A DNA stretch of 44,200 nt from an uncultured Acidimicrobiia bacterium. GTDB taxonomy: Bacteria; Actinomycetota; Acidimicrobiia; Acidimicrobiales; AC-14. Below are positions 29,871-39,187 of this stretch, piece by piece. The stretch's first letter is position 1, and the number at the start of each line of letters is the position of its first letter. A model generated the notes under the pieces. It saw nothing but the letters and a program-made list of their open reading frames with translations, did not search any database and was not told where the DNA came from. Made by a program: the position numbers and the translations under genes. The stretch spans positions 1 through 44,200 of the forward strand of contig CAWIIV010000018.1 in NCBI GenBank assembly GCA_963836205.1, written 5' to 3'.

Positions 29871-30644
29871 GTGGGGGGCGGCCACAGCCACGTCCACAGT
29901 CTCTTCATCCACGCCGACAGCCACGTCCACCGGCTGCGTCCGCAGTGCAAGGTGGCGGCCACCCTGCTCTTCGTCCTGGTCGTGGTGGCGACCCCCCGGG
30001 AGGCGTTCTGGGCCTACGGCGCCTATGCCGTGGTCCTCGGACTGGTGGCCCGCCAGGCGCGCGTCCCCCTCCGCCTTCTCCTCCGGCGCCTCACGATCGA
30101 GCTACCGTTCGTGGCTTTCGCCTTCTTCCTGCCGATCATCGGCCAGGGCGAGCGGACCGACGTGTTCGGACTCTCGCTGTCGGTGGCCGGGCTGTGGGGG
30201 GCGTGGAACATCCTGGTCAAGGGCACACTGGGGGTGGCGGCCACCGTGATCCTGGCCGCCAGCACCCCTATCCCCGAGCTCCTGCAGGGCCTCGACCGGC
30301 TGCGGGTGCCGCGGGCGTTCACCGCGGTCGCCGGCTTCATGGTCCGCTACCTCGACGTGATCACCGAGGAGATGCGGAGGATGAAGATCGCACGCCTGTC
30401 GCGGGGCTACGACCCCCGCTGGATCTGGCAGGCCAAGGCGCTGGCCTCGTCGATGGGGGCCTTGTTTATCCGGGCCTACGAGCGGGGGGAGCGGGTGCAC
30501 CTGGCCATGTTGTCGCGGGGCTACTCGGGCGTCATGCCGGTCGTGGGCCGGGGGAACGCCTCGGGTCTGGAGTGGTTGGCGGCCCTGTCGCTGCCGGCGC
30601 TGGCGTCGGTGATCGCCGTCGCCGCTTGGGTGACCCACGCGTGA
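29871..30644 (+). CDS. cbiQ: ECF T component CbiQ/NikQ
   Basis: His-rich N-terminus; RYL, ARLSRG, LFIRAYERGERVHLAMLSRG. Confidence 0.92.
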   Translation: MGGGHSHVHSLFIHADSHVHRLRPQCKVAATLLFVLVVVATPREAFWAYGAYAVVLGLVARQARVPLRLLLRRLTIELPFVAFAFFLPIIGQGERTDVFGLSLSVAGLWGAWNILVKGTLGVAATVILAASTPIPELLQGLDRLRVPRAFTAVAGFMVRYLDVITEEMRRMKIARLSRGYDPRWIWQAKALASSMGALFIRAYERGERVHLAMLSRGYSGVMPVVGRGNASGLEWLAALSLPALASVIAVAAWVTHA

Positions 30645-31390
30645 CGGACGGGGTCCCGGCCCTGGAGGTGCGCGACCTTGCCTTCGCCTACCCCGACGGC
30701 CGCCAGGCCCTGTTCGGGTGCAACCTCACCATCCGCCGAGGCGAACGGGTGGCGGTCCTCGGCCCCAACGGCGCGGGCAAGACCACGCTCGTCCTCCACC
30801 TCAACGGCGTGCACACCGCCGGTGCGGGTGAGGTCGTGGTCGGGGGACTGCCGGTGGTGAAGGAGAACCTCAAGGAGATCCGCCGCCGGGTCGGCATCGT
30901 GTTCCAGGACCCCGACGACCAGCTCTTCATGCCGACGGTATGGGACGACGTGGCCTTCGGCCCGGCCAACATGGGTGTCAAGGGCGACGACCTCGGGCTG
31001 CGGGTGAAGGCGGCCCTGGCCCAGGTGGGGATGGAGAGCTACGCCGACCGGGTGCCGCACCACCTGAGCTTCGGTCAGCGGCGGCGGGTGGCGGTAGCCA
31101 CCGTGCTGGCCATGGAGCCCGAGATCCTCGTCCTCGACGAGCCCTCGTCGAACCTCGACCCCGCCGCCCGCCAGGAGTTGGCCGAGATCCTGCAGTCGCT
31201 GCCCCTGACCGTGCTCATGGTCACCCACGATCTGCCCTACGCCCTGCAGCTGTGTCCCCGGGCCCTGGTGATGAACGACGGGGTCATCGTCGCCGACGGC
31301 CCGACGGGTGAGATCCTCTCCGACGCTTCGCTGATGGCCGCCAACCGGCTGTCGCTCCCCTTCGGCTTCGACCCGTCGACCGTCGCCTGA
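30641..31390 (+). CDS. cbiO: ECF ATPase CbiO/NikO
   Basis: GPNGAGKT, VFQDPDDQLF, VAFGPAN, HHLSFGQRRR. Confidence 0.92.
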   Translation: MTDGVPALEVRDLAFAYPDGRQALFGCNLTIRRGERVAVLGPNGAGKTTLVLHLNGVHTAGAGEVVVGGLPVVKENLKEIRRRVGIVFQDPDDQLFMPTVWDDVAFGPANMGVKGDDLGLRVKAALAQVGMESYADRVPHHLSFGQRRRVAVATVLAMEPEILVLDEPSSNLDPAARQELAEILQSLPLTVLMVTHDLPYALQLCPRALVMNDGVIVADGPTGEILSDASLMAANRLSLPFGFDPSTVA

Positions 31391-31397
31391 GCCGCCG

Positions 31398-31413
31398 CCC
31401 GCCGACCGGCGGG
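31398..31413. terminator. Hairpin between convergent cbiO and MFS genes
   Basis: CCCGCCG-AC-CGGCGGG inverted repeat. Confidence 0.5.
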
Positions 31414-31422
31414 AATTCCTGA

Positions 31423-32684
31423 TCAGGTCACGTCGATGTGCCGGAGGGGGCCGAGGGCACCGCTGACGAAGCTGGCCCCGATGGCCAGGCTCATCACGAG
31501 GAGGGCCGTCCGCACGCCGAAGGCGGATGCCAGCAAGCCGCCGACGGCCGCGCCCAGCGGTTGGCCACCCCAGGCGATCATGCGCCCCACGACGTTGACT
31601 CGGCCCTGGAGGGCGTCCGGTGTCACCTGCTGGCGGTAGGCGATGCCGTTGATGATGGCCAGCTGGCAGGCGCCCAGAAAGCCGAGGTAGGCGACCACGG
31701 CCAGCTCGAATCGGGAGATCCCCGCCAAGGCCACCATGCAGGCCCACGCCCCACCCAGGCAGGCCAGGCTGATCCGGGAAACCGGCACCCGGCGCCGGAG
31801 CCGGGGGAAGCCGGCACTGGCCAGGAGGGCGCCCGCGACCCGGCGCTGAAGAGCAGGCCGATGCGCCAGTCGTCCTTCCCCAGGCCCAAGTCCTCGACGC
31901 CGTACACGACGAGAAGTCCGAGGGTGGCGCCCAGGCTCGTGCTGAGGCCGGTGCCGAGCAGGGTCAGGGCCCGGACCAGCCGATGCTCCCAGAGCCAGCG
32001 CAGCCCTTCGCCGATCTCGGCCCGGATGGGTCGGCGGGCGGGCCGGGGCGATGGGCCGTGGAAGGGGCGGCGCACGCTGAGCAGCAGCGCGCCGGAGACG
32101 ACGTAGCTGGCGGCGTCGACGGTCATGGCCGTGGCCGGCCCGATGGCGGTCGCCAGCACGCCGCCGATCGTGGGCCCGACGATGTAGGCGACGCCCTCGG
32201 CGGACTGGAGGGCGCTGGTGGCGGCCACCAGCCGGTCTCGACCGACGAGGGCGGGTAGGGCGCCGAAATTGGCCGCGTCGAACCACACGAAGCTGGTGGC
32301 GGTGCCCAGGGCCACCAGGTAGATGTGGGGAAGGGTCAGGGCGTCGAAGGCGGCCGCCGCCGGCACGCTGGCGACCAGGGCGGCGCTGGCCAGCTCGCAG
32401 CCCACCATGAGGCGGCGGCGGTCCGAACGGTCGGCCACCGCCCCCGCCACCAGGCCGAGGAGCAGGTAGGGCAGGGCGGCGAAGGCGACGACGAGGGACG
32501 TCTGGGCGGGCGAACCTGTCCTCTCGAAGACGAGGATGGGCAGGAGGACCGAGCTCACCGTCGTCCCGGTGACGGTGACCGTGTGGGCCAGCCAGAACCG
32601 GACGAACGGCCCGTCCCCCCGCAGATCGGGGATCTGGACATGGCGCCGGATTGGCGCGCTCTCACCTTCTGGGCTCTCTTGCAT
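31423..32684 (-). CDS. MFS transporter (DHA3/EntS-like) with an apparent frameshift near 31835
   Basis: FVRFWLAHT, GAVADRSDRRRLM, LPALVGRDRL, EIGEGLRWL; second frame RQQVTPDALQGRV. Confidence 0.8.
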
Positions 32685-32707
32685 GCTGGTAGCAGGAACT
32701 CTAACGT
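32679..32707 (+). promoter_or_regulatory. Promoter with a Nur-like box over the -35
   Basis: TTGCAT-17-TAACGT; TGCAT-GCTGG-TAGCA at 32680-32694. Confidence 0.7.
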
Positions 32708-32755
32708 TCGGCCCTGATCGTCCCGGGGGGCGACAGAACGCGAGGGGATGACTCA

Positions 32756-33811
32756 ATGGCAGGTCGATACAAGGCCGCCGCCGCGCTGGCGGTGGGCGCA
32801 CTGCTGCTCGCCGGCTGCGGCAGCTCCGACGACGAGACGACCTCCGGGTCGGACACCACCACCACCGGGGCGACGACGACAGCGGCCCTGGCCGGCTTCC
32901 CGCTCACCATCACCAACTGCGGCCAGACCCAGACGTTCCAGAAGCCGCCATCGCGCGTCGCATCTATGGACTCGCTCTCCACCGAGATCATGCTCCATCT
33001 CGGGCTGGGGAAGGCCGTGGTCGGTCACTCCCACCCGATACCGAAGCCGTTCGACGGCGGTGCCGGGATCCCCAGCGTCGCCACCGCCTACACGGCGCTG
33101 CCCGTGATCTCCGAGGAGTACCCCTCGCTCGAGATCCTGCTCAACGCCAGCCCCGACCTGGTCACCGGCAACTCCGACTCCTACACCTTCGGGCCCACAA
33201 CCGCCGGCGGCACCGGCTTCGTGCGCACCGAGCTGGCGCCCCAGGGCATCGCCGGCTACACGTTCCTGTGCAAGGGGGAGAAGGCGACCAACGACCTGCT
33301 GTTCTCCCGCTACGAGGAGTTCGGCAAGCTGTTCGGGAAGGGGGCCGAGGCCAAGGCCCTGCTCGACAAGGTGCGCACCTCGCAGGCCGCGACCCAGGCG
33401 GTGCTGGTCGGGGCGGCGCCGGTGCGCACGTTCTTCTACGAGCAGGGCGCCGGACCCCTCGGCACCTACGGTGGCGGAGGGCAGTTCGACAGCGGCCTCC
33501 AGCAGGCGGGTGGAAAGGGGATCTTCGACGACGTGCCGTCGTTCCCGACGCCCCAGGTCAGCGCCGAGCAGGTCATCGAGCGCAACCCCGACGCCATCCT
33601 CATCGTGGATGCCGGCATCTTCGACTCGAGCGGCCTGAGCGCGGACGCCAAGAAGCAGTTCCTGGTCGACACCCTCGGGACGACGGTGAACGCGGTGCGT
33701 GACGACCGCTTCTGCTACACGGACTTCGACGGCTTCAGCACGCTCCCCCGGACCGCATCCACGGTCGCCGCGGTCGCCGCCTGCCTGCACCCCGAGCTGA
33801 AGTTCAACTAG
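32756..33811 (+). CDS. ABC substrate-binding lipoprotein (SBP3)
   Basis: Lipobox LAG-C, Thr linker, FPLTITNCG, EQVIERNPDAI, NAVRDDR. Confidence 0.93.
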   Translation: MAGRYKAAAALAVGALLLAGCGSSDDETTSGSDTTTTGATTTAALAGFPLTITNCGQTQTFQKPPSRVASMDSLSTEIMLHLGLGKAVVGHSHPIPKPFDGGAGIPSVATAYTALPVISEEYPSLEILLNASPDLVTGNSDSYTFGPTTAGGTGFVRTELAPQGIAGYTFLCKGEKATNDLLFSRYEEFGKLFGKGAEAKALLDKVRTSQAATQAVLVGAAPVRTFFYEQGAGPLGTYGGGGQFDSGLQQAGGKGIFDDVPSFPTPQVSAEQVIERNPDAILIVDAGIFDSSGLSADAKKQFLVDTLGTTVNAVRDDRFCYTDFDGFSTLPRTASTVAAVAACLHPELKFN

Positions 33812-33813
33812 CC

Positions 33814-34953
33814 GTGGCCGTCGAGTCGGAGGTGGCCGGCTCCGACATCGCCACCGCCCCTCCCACCCCCGCCCCTGCTCGCACCCGCACCCGGGCCCAG
33901 AGGGACCGGCGCCGGTTCCGGGTCGTCCTCGGCGCGATGACGGGCGGGTTGCTGCTCGCCGTCACCGCCGGTGTCAGCATCGGCGCGGTCTCGATCGCGC
34001 CCCGCCACGTCTGGGGCATCGTGGCCCACCACGTCCTCCCCCAGGTCTTCTCCGAGGGGGACTGGACCCCCGCCCACGAGCAGATCGTGTGGACCCTGCG
34101 CCTTCCCCGGGTGCTGCTGGGGGCGCTGGTGGGTGGGGGCCTGGCCGTGGTGGGCACGGCCCTGCAGGCCCTGGTGCGCAATCCGCTGGCCGACCCCTAC
34201 GTGTTCGGCATCACGTCCGGGGCCTCGGTGGGGGCCACCTGCGTGCTCGTGTTCGGGATCGGCACCTTCGGCCAGTTCACGACGTCGGTGGCCGCGTTCC
34301 TCGGCGCGGTGGTGGCCTTCTCGCTGGTCCTCATCCTCGCCCGCCTGGGGGGCGGGCTGTCGCCGGCCCGGCTCATCCTGGCCGGCGTCTCGGTGGCCTA
34401 CACGATGTCGGCCCTCACCAGCTTCCTCGTCTTCCTCGCTCGGGACGCCAGCGACAACGGTGTGGCCCAGGCGGTGCTCTTCTGGCTCCTCGGCAGCCTG
34501 GGGGCGGCCCGCTGGAACCAGCTGGCCATCCCCGCGGTCGCGGTCCTCGCGGGGACCGCTCTCCTGATGCTCCAGGCCCGCTCGCTCAACGCTCTCCTCG
34601 TGGGCGACGAGACCGCGGCCACCCTCGGCATCGACCTGCGCAAGTTCCGCAAGCAGCTGTTCGTGCTCTCCGCCCTGCTCATCGGCGTGGTCGTGTCGGT
34701 CGCCGGCGGGATCGGCTTCATCGGCCTCATGGTGCCCCACACCGTGCGCATGCTGGTCGGGTCCGACCACCGCCGGGTGTTGCCGGTGGCCATGCTGCTC
34801 GGGGCCGGCTTCATGATCTGGGCCGACGTCCTGGCCCGGACGGTGGTCAGCCCGCTGGAGCTGCCCATCGGCATCGTCACCGCCCTGTTCGGGACGCCCT
34901 TCTTCGTCCTCATCATGCGCCAGCGGGGCCGGGCGGCCAGGTACAGCCGGTGA
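33814..34953 (+). CDS. FecCD-family ABC permease
   Basis: LRLPR, RNPLADPY, GGIGFIGLMVPH, ELPIGIVT. Confidence 0.95.
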   Translation: MAVESEVAGSDIATAPPTPAPARTRTRAQRDRRRFRVVLGAMTGGLLLAVTAGVSIGAVSIAPRHVWGIVAHHVLPQVFSEGDWTPAHEQIVWTLRLPRVLLGALVGGGLAVVGTALQALVRNPLADPYVFGITSGASVGATCVLVFGIGTFGQFTTSVAAFLGAVVAFSLVLILARLGGGLSPARLILAGVSVAYTMSALTSFLVFLARDASDNGVAQAVLFWLLGSLGAARWNQLAIPAVAVLAGTALLMLQARSLNALLVGDETAATLGIDLRKFRKQLFVLSALLIGVVVSVAGGIGFIGLMVPHTVRMLVGSDHRRVLPVAMLLGAGFMIWADVLARTVVSPLELPIGIVTALFGTPFFVLIMRQRGRAARYSR

Positions 34954-35759
34954 AACTGGAGGCGGCGGGGGTCACCGTGGTGCTCGACGGGCACACGATC
35001 GTGTCGTCGGCCACCCTCGAGGTGGGCGAGGGCGAGGTCGTCGGGCTGGTGGGACCCAACGGGAGCGGGAAGTCGACGCTGCTGCGCTGCGTCTACCGAG
35101 TACTGCGGCCCCACGCCGGCCTGGTGAGCATCGACGGTGACGACGTGTGGGGGCTGGCCCCGCGCGCCGCCGCCCGGCGGACCGCGGTCGTCGTCCAGGA
35201 GCCACCCAGCGACTTCGACTTCGCCGTCCGGGACATGGTGATGATGGGCCGGTCGCCCCACCTCGGGATGCTGGAGCGGGGCACGGAGACCGACGACCGC
35301 ATCGTGGACGAAGCCCTCGACCGGGTGGGGGCGTCCGCCTTCGCCGACCGGGGCTTCCTCACCCTCTCCGGTGGCGAGAAGCAGCGGGTGCTGCTGGCCC
35401 GCGCCCTGGCCCAGCAGTCACGACTGCTGGTGCTGGACGAGCCCACCAACCACCTCGACATCCTTCACCAGCTGGAGGTCCTCGAACTGGTGCGGGGCCT
35501 GGGCGTCGCCACCCTGGCCGCCCTCCACGACCTCAACCTGGCGGCCTGCTACTGCGACCGGGTCTACGTCCTGGCCGGAGGGGGGGTTGTGGCATCGGGT
35601 CCGCCGGAGGAGGTGCTGACGCCCGAGCTCGTCCGGGCCGTCTTCGGTGTGGGTGCAGTCCGGTCCGTCCACCCGGTGACGGGCAAGGCCCAACTCGCCT
35701 TCTACTCCCCGTCGCGGGCTACGGCGACGGGAACAGACGCTGCATCCAGAGGGAGCTGA
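34950..35759 (+). CDS. FecE/BtuD-type ABC ATPase
   Basis: GTGA overlap; GPNGSGKS, LSGGEKQR, LDEPTNHLD. Confidence 0.95.
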   Translation: MKLEAAGVTVVLDGHTIVSSATLEVGEGEVVGLVGPNGSGKSTLLRCVYRVLRPHAGLVSIDGDDVWGLAPRAAARRTAVVVQEPPSDFDFAVRDMVMMGRSPHLGMLERGTETDDRIVDEALDRVGASAFADRGFLTLSGGEKQRVLLARALAQQSRLLVLDEPTNHLDILHQLEVLELVRGLGVATLAALHDLNLAACYCDRVYVLAGGGVVASGPPEEVLTPELVRAVFGVGAVRSVHPVTGKAQLAFYSPSRATATGTDAASRGS

Positions 35760-36222
35760 TGTACTCGCCGTGCTTGGTCGCGTACTCCTCGAAGATCCCC
35801 ACCTCGGTGAAGCCGAACTTGCGGTGGAGGGCGACCGAAGCGTCGTTGGGGAGAGCGATGCCGGCCAAGGCGGTGTGGACCGGCTCACCCGCCAGGCGGT
35901 CGAACAGGGCCCGGTACAGGCGGGTGCCGATGCCCCGGCCCCGCCAGTCGTGGTGGAGTGAGATGCCGACCTCGACCGTCTCGACGAACGCCTCGAGTTC
36001 GCGGTAGCGGCCGCTGGACGCGTGACCGATCGTCAGCCCGTCGTGGCGGGCGACGAGGAGGCGGTGGGGGCCGGACGTCGAGAACCCTCCGAACCAGGCG
36101 AGCCGGTCCTCGACGGAGACGGGACGGTTGTGGAAGCTCGCGTTCGACGTGGCCACGGAGTGGTTGGCGATGGCGACGAGCGCGGGGAGGTCGTCGATCG
36201 TCCCCTCGTCGATGGTGATCAG
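35719..36222 (-). CDS. GNAT acetyltransferase (YncA/Pat-like), probable CTG start
   Basis: DDLPALVAIANH, RLAWF, RGRGIGTRLY, AGIALPNDASVALHRKFGF; GGAGGAGG before CTG at 36222. Confidence 0.85.
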   Translation of the reverse strand: MITIDEGTIDDLPALVAIANHSVATSNASFHNRPVSVEDRLAWFGGFSTSGPHRLLVARHDGLTIGHASSGRYRELEAFVETVEVGISLHHDWRGRGIGTRLYRALFDRLAGEPVHTALAGIALPNDASVALHRKFGFTEVGIFEEYATKHGEYISSLWMQRLFPSP

Positions 36223-36352
36223 GCTTCCTCCTCCGCGTCGAGCGACCCCAAGTCGGCCCGCCGCGCAGCACCGTCATCCAGTCGGTCCGACCCAAATCTA
36301 GAGCGAGCAGGTCGCGTCAGCCACAGCATCTGTGGAGCTGATGCAGGCAAGG

Positions 36353-36376
36353 GTTATAGCGATCGATCGCTATAAC
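36353..36376. promoter_or_regulatory. Perfect 24-bp palindrome upstream of the first nur paralog
   Basis: GTTATAGCGATCGATCGCTATAAC; followed by TAGGAT-6-ATG (leaderless-like). Confidence 0.75.
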
Positions 36377-36393
36377 GGAGTTAGGATGTTCCC

Positions 36394-36837
36394 ATGCCTA
36401 CTCTTGCTTCCACCGACCCGCGTCTGGCCGAGATCCTCGACATGCTGCGGGAGCGCGGCGGTCGCATCACCACGCCCCGCAGGGCGATCATCAGTGCCCT
36501 GCTGAAGTCCGGCGGCCACATCACGGCCGACGAGCTGACCAGCCAGATCCAGGCCGACTACCCCGACGTCCACCTGTCCACGATCTACCGCTGCCTGGAG
36601 ACCCTCGAGGAGCTGGCGGTCGTCGACCACATCCACCTTGGGCACGGTCGGGCCATCTACCACCTCGCCGACGAGGCCCACCAACACCTGATGTGCGAGG
36701 TCTGCGGCGCCGTCATCGAGGTCCCCGACGCTCTGTTCGCCAGCCTGGGCAAGCGGCTGCAGGCCGACTACGGCTTCGCCATCCGGCCCCGGCACTTCGC
36801 CCTCCTCGGCCGCTGCGCCGACTGCCAGGCATCCTGA
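36394..36837 (+). CDS. nur: Fur-family regulator, Nur-like (paralog 1)
   Basis: STIYR, HIHLGHG..YHLAD, HQHLMCEVC, RHFALLGRC..C; matches the Streptomyces Nur HAHLGHG/HFA signature. Confidence 0.8.
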   Translation: MPTLASTDPRLAEILDMLRERGGRITTPRRAIISALLKSGGHITADELTSQIQADYPDVHLSTIYRCLETLEELAVVDHIHLGHGRAIYHLADEAHQHLMCEVCGAVIEVPDALFASLGKRLQADYGFAIRPRHFALLGRCADCQAS

Positions 36838-36855
36838 CCCCTCGCTCCGACACGC

Positions 36856-36875
36856 CCCGGGTCAGCCGACCCGGG
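36856..36875 (+). terminator. Stem-loop between the nur paralogs
   Basis: CCCGGGTC-AGCC-GACCCGGG. Confidence 0.55.
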
Positions 36876-36888
36876 ACCGCCTTGCTAT

Positions 36889-36903
36889 TGCAACCTGTTC
36901 GGG
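36889..36903. promoter_or_regulatory. Degenerate Nur-like box before paralog 2
   Basis: TGCAA-CCTGT-TCGGG. Confidence 0.45.
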
Positions 36904-36916
36904 TAACAGTGGCAGT

Positions 36917-37363
36917 GTGCGACGGGTCACGGTAGAGGTCAGCGAGCGCCTGGAGGACGTCCTCGGGTTGTTGCGGACCAACGGCGGACGGGCGACCACT
37001 CCCCGGCGGGCCATCATCGACGCCCTGCTCCACTCCGACGGCCACGTGACCGCCGATTCGCTCACGGCCGAGATCCAGGTCGACTTCCCCGACGTGCACC
37101 TGTCCACCATCTACCGGTGCCTGTCGACGTTGCAGCAGCTGGGCGTGGTCGAGCAGATCCACATCGGCCATGGCCGCGCCGTCTACCACCTCACCGACGA
37201 GCCCCATCAGCACCTCCTGTGCGAGGGCTGCGCCCGCGTCATCGAGGTGCCGGACGAGGTGTTCGCCGACCTCATCGACGAGGTCGGGACGGACTACCGG
37301 TTCGCCCTCCGGCTCCGGTGCTTCGCCCTCATCGGGCGCTGCGCGGGTTGCTCCGGCGACTGA
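36917..37363 (+). CDS. Fur-family regulator, Nur-like (paralog 2, altered Ni site)
   Basis: Close paralog (TTPRRAII, PDVHLSTIYRCL) but QIHIGHG and RCFALIGRC. Confidence 0.85.
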   Translation: MRRVTVEVSERLEDVLGLLRTNGGRATTPRRAIIDALLHSDGHVTADSLTAEIQVDFPDVHLSTIYRCLSTLQQLGVVEQIHIGHGRAVYHLTDEPHQHLLCEGCARVIEVPDEVFADLIDEVGTDYRFALRLRCFALIGRCAGCSGD

Positions 37364-37417
37364 CCGCTCCGCCCTGGCGACGGCCGCTGGCCGACCCCCG
37401 GGGCCCGCCCGCGGCCG

Positions 37418-37870
37418 TCACTCAGGTCGACCGGCTGGTTCCCGGAGCCGGAGGTCCGCCGGGGGCGCCCATCGTTCCGCCGCTCGATGGCGCGCTCGCC
37501 AGCTCGAGCCGTCCGCCGCCCCCTCCGGGCCGTGGTGACGGCCGGCGGAGGGCCGCCGTCCGGCTGCCCAACCGGGACCGATGCCGGCCCTCGCCGCCAC
37601 GAGCGCCTCGACCTCGGTCGCGTCGAACACGCTGGTCCGGCCCGAGGACGCCTGGTGGCTGCGGAGGAGGTCGTGGCTCACATAGCTGTACAGCGTCGGA
37701 AGGCGGACCCCGAGCCGGGCTGCGGCATCGGGGGCGCTGAGCCAACCCGGTCCCGGTGTCCGGCCGTCGGAGGGCGACGCGGGTAGGGCGGCGGCCGGCC
37801 CGGGGCGGAGCCGTTCGTCCGCGGTCGACCGACCAACTGTGTCGGTGGCCGATGACGGTCGAGCGGGCAC
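37418..37870 (-). pseudogene. MerR/excisionase-like HTH fragment, resembling the N-terminus of HTH-citrate-synthase-like proteins
   Basis: WLSAPDAAARLGVRLPTLYSYVS..LL.S...GRTSVFDATEVEAL; downstream sequence degenerate. Confidence 0.55.
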
Positions 37871-37889
37871 AGGGAGAACCTAGCTATTC

Positions 37890-38004
37890 TGCGACCAGCT
37901 CGCAACAGATTTCTTGCGACGGACTTGCGCTTAGCGAATCTCGCGGCGTCGTTGGACGTGCGGTCGCCACCCGGCATCTGGTTGACTACTGCGACCAGGT
38001 CTGA
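37890..38004. promoter_or_regulatory. Cluster of Nur-like boxes upstream of SBP4
   Basis: TGCGA-CCAGC-TCGCA (37890, perfect), TGCGA-CGGAC-TTGCG (37915), TGCGA-CCAGG-TCTGA (37990, partial). Confidence 0.75.
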
Positions 38005-38029
38005 TCAAAAGGGTGAGGTCCGGACAGCG

Positions 38030-39088
38030 ATGAGACGAGATGTGCGTGCGGGGATCGCTGGGCTCTTCCTGCTGAGCCTGGTGTTGGCCGCCTGCGGCGA
38101 TGATGGCGAGGACGCGGGCACCACGGCGACGACGGCCGCGGTTCTGGGAGGGGCGGGCCGCACCGCGTACCCGCTCACCATCACCAACTGCGGTTCGACG
38201 GAGACGTTCGCCCAAGCCCCCCGGACGGTGCTGACCGAGGGCGCGCCGCCGATGACCGCGCTGCTCGTCCAGCTCGGGCTGAAGGACCGCATCGTGAAGA
38301 CGACCGTCTTCTCCACCCGCAGTGACATCCCCGGCATGACCGCCGAGCTCGAGTCGCTCCCCCGGGTCGTGGTAGAGAACCTGGGCCTGTCCCGGGAAGA
38401 GGCGATCGCTCTCAGCCCCGACCTCATTGTCGGCGGGCAGGAGAGCTACTTCCAGGCGAAGCGGGGTTTCGCCCTGCGGTCCGAGCTCCACGCGGCGGGT
38501 ATCCAGGCCTACGCCCCCGCCTACTTCTGCGCCAACAACGTCGACAACCCGACGCCCGAGGCGGTGGCGGCCCGCAAGAACGCAGGGATCGAGGAGCACC
38601 TCCAGACCATCATCGAGCTGGGCCGCATCTTCGACGTCAACGACCGGGCCGCCAACCTCGTGGCCGAGATCCGCCAGACGATCGCCGACACCGAGGCCAA
38701 GGTCGGGAGCCTCCCGCCCAAGCGGGTGACGTTCACCGACCCGTCCATCGCCGACGAGACCAAGAGCGGGGGGGCGTTCTACGTGTACGGCGGCAAGGTG
38801 GTCGACGAGCTGCTGGCCGCCACCGGCGGCACCAACGTGTGGTCCGACCAGGAGGGCTTCGCCACGATAACCAAGGAGGCGGCCACCGTGCGCCCGGCGG
38901 ACGTCGTGATCTTTGGCCTCTACGAGGGCTCGCCGAACCCCCAGCAGGTGACGGCCTATGTCCAGGCCACCTATCCCTCCTGGCCCGCGGCCGCCAGCGG
39001 CTCGGTCGTGCAGGTCGACAGCACGGTGAACCTGCAGATCACCCATCCGGTCAACTTCCTCCTCCTGGCCCAGGCCCTCCACCCGTAG
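38030..39088 (+). CDS. ABC substrate-binding lipoprotein (SBP4)
   Basis: Lipobox LAA-C; YPLTITNCG; IALSPDLIV; YFC. Confidence 0.92.
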   Translation: MRRDVRAGIAGLFLLSLVLAACGDDGEDAGTTATTAAVLGGAGRTAYPLTITNCGSTETFAQAPRTVLTEGAPPMTALLVQLGLKDRIVKTTVFSTRSDIPGMTAELESLPRVVVENLGLSREEAIALSPDLIVGGQESYFQAKRGFALRSELHAAGIQAYAPAYFCANNVDNPTPEAVAARKNAGIEEHLQTIIELGRIFDVNDRAANLVAEIRQTIADTEAKVGSLPPKRVTFTDPSIADETKSGGAFYVYGGKVVDELLAATGGTNVWSDQEGFATITKEAATVRPADVVIFGLYEGSPNPQQVTAYVQATYPSWPAAASGSVVQVDSTVNLQITHPVNFLLLAQALHP

Positions 39089-39187
39089 GCGTTCTCGTAA
39101 GCTCTCAGCTCCTAGGTGGAGTCAGGTGCTAGCACGTAACCGTTGCGAGATGGCCGGAACAGACGGTTCGGGAGGTAGGCAGCCAGG

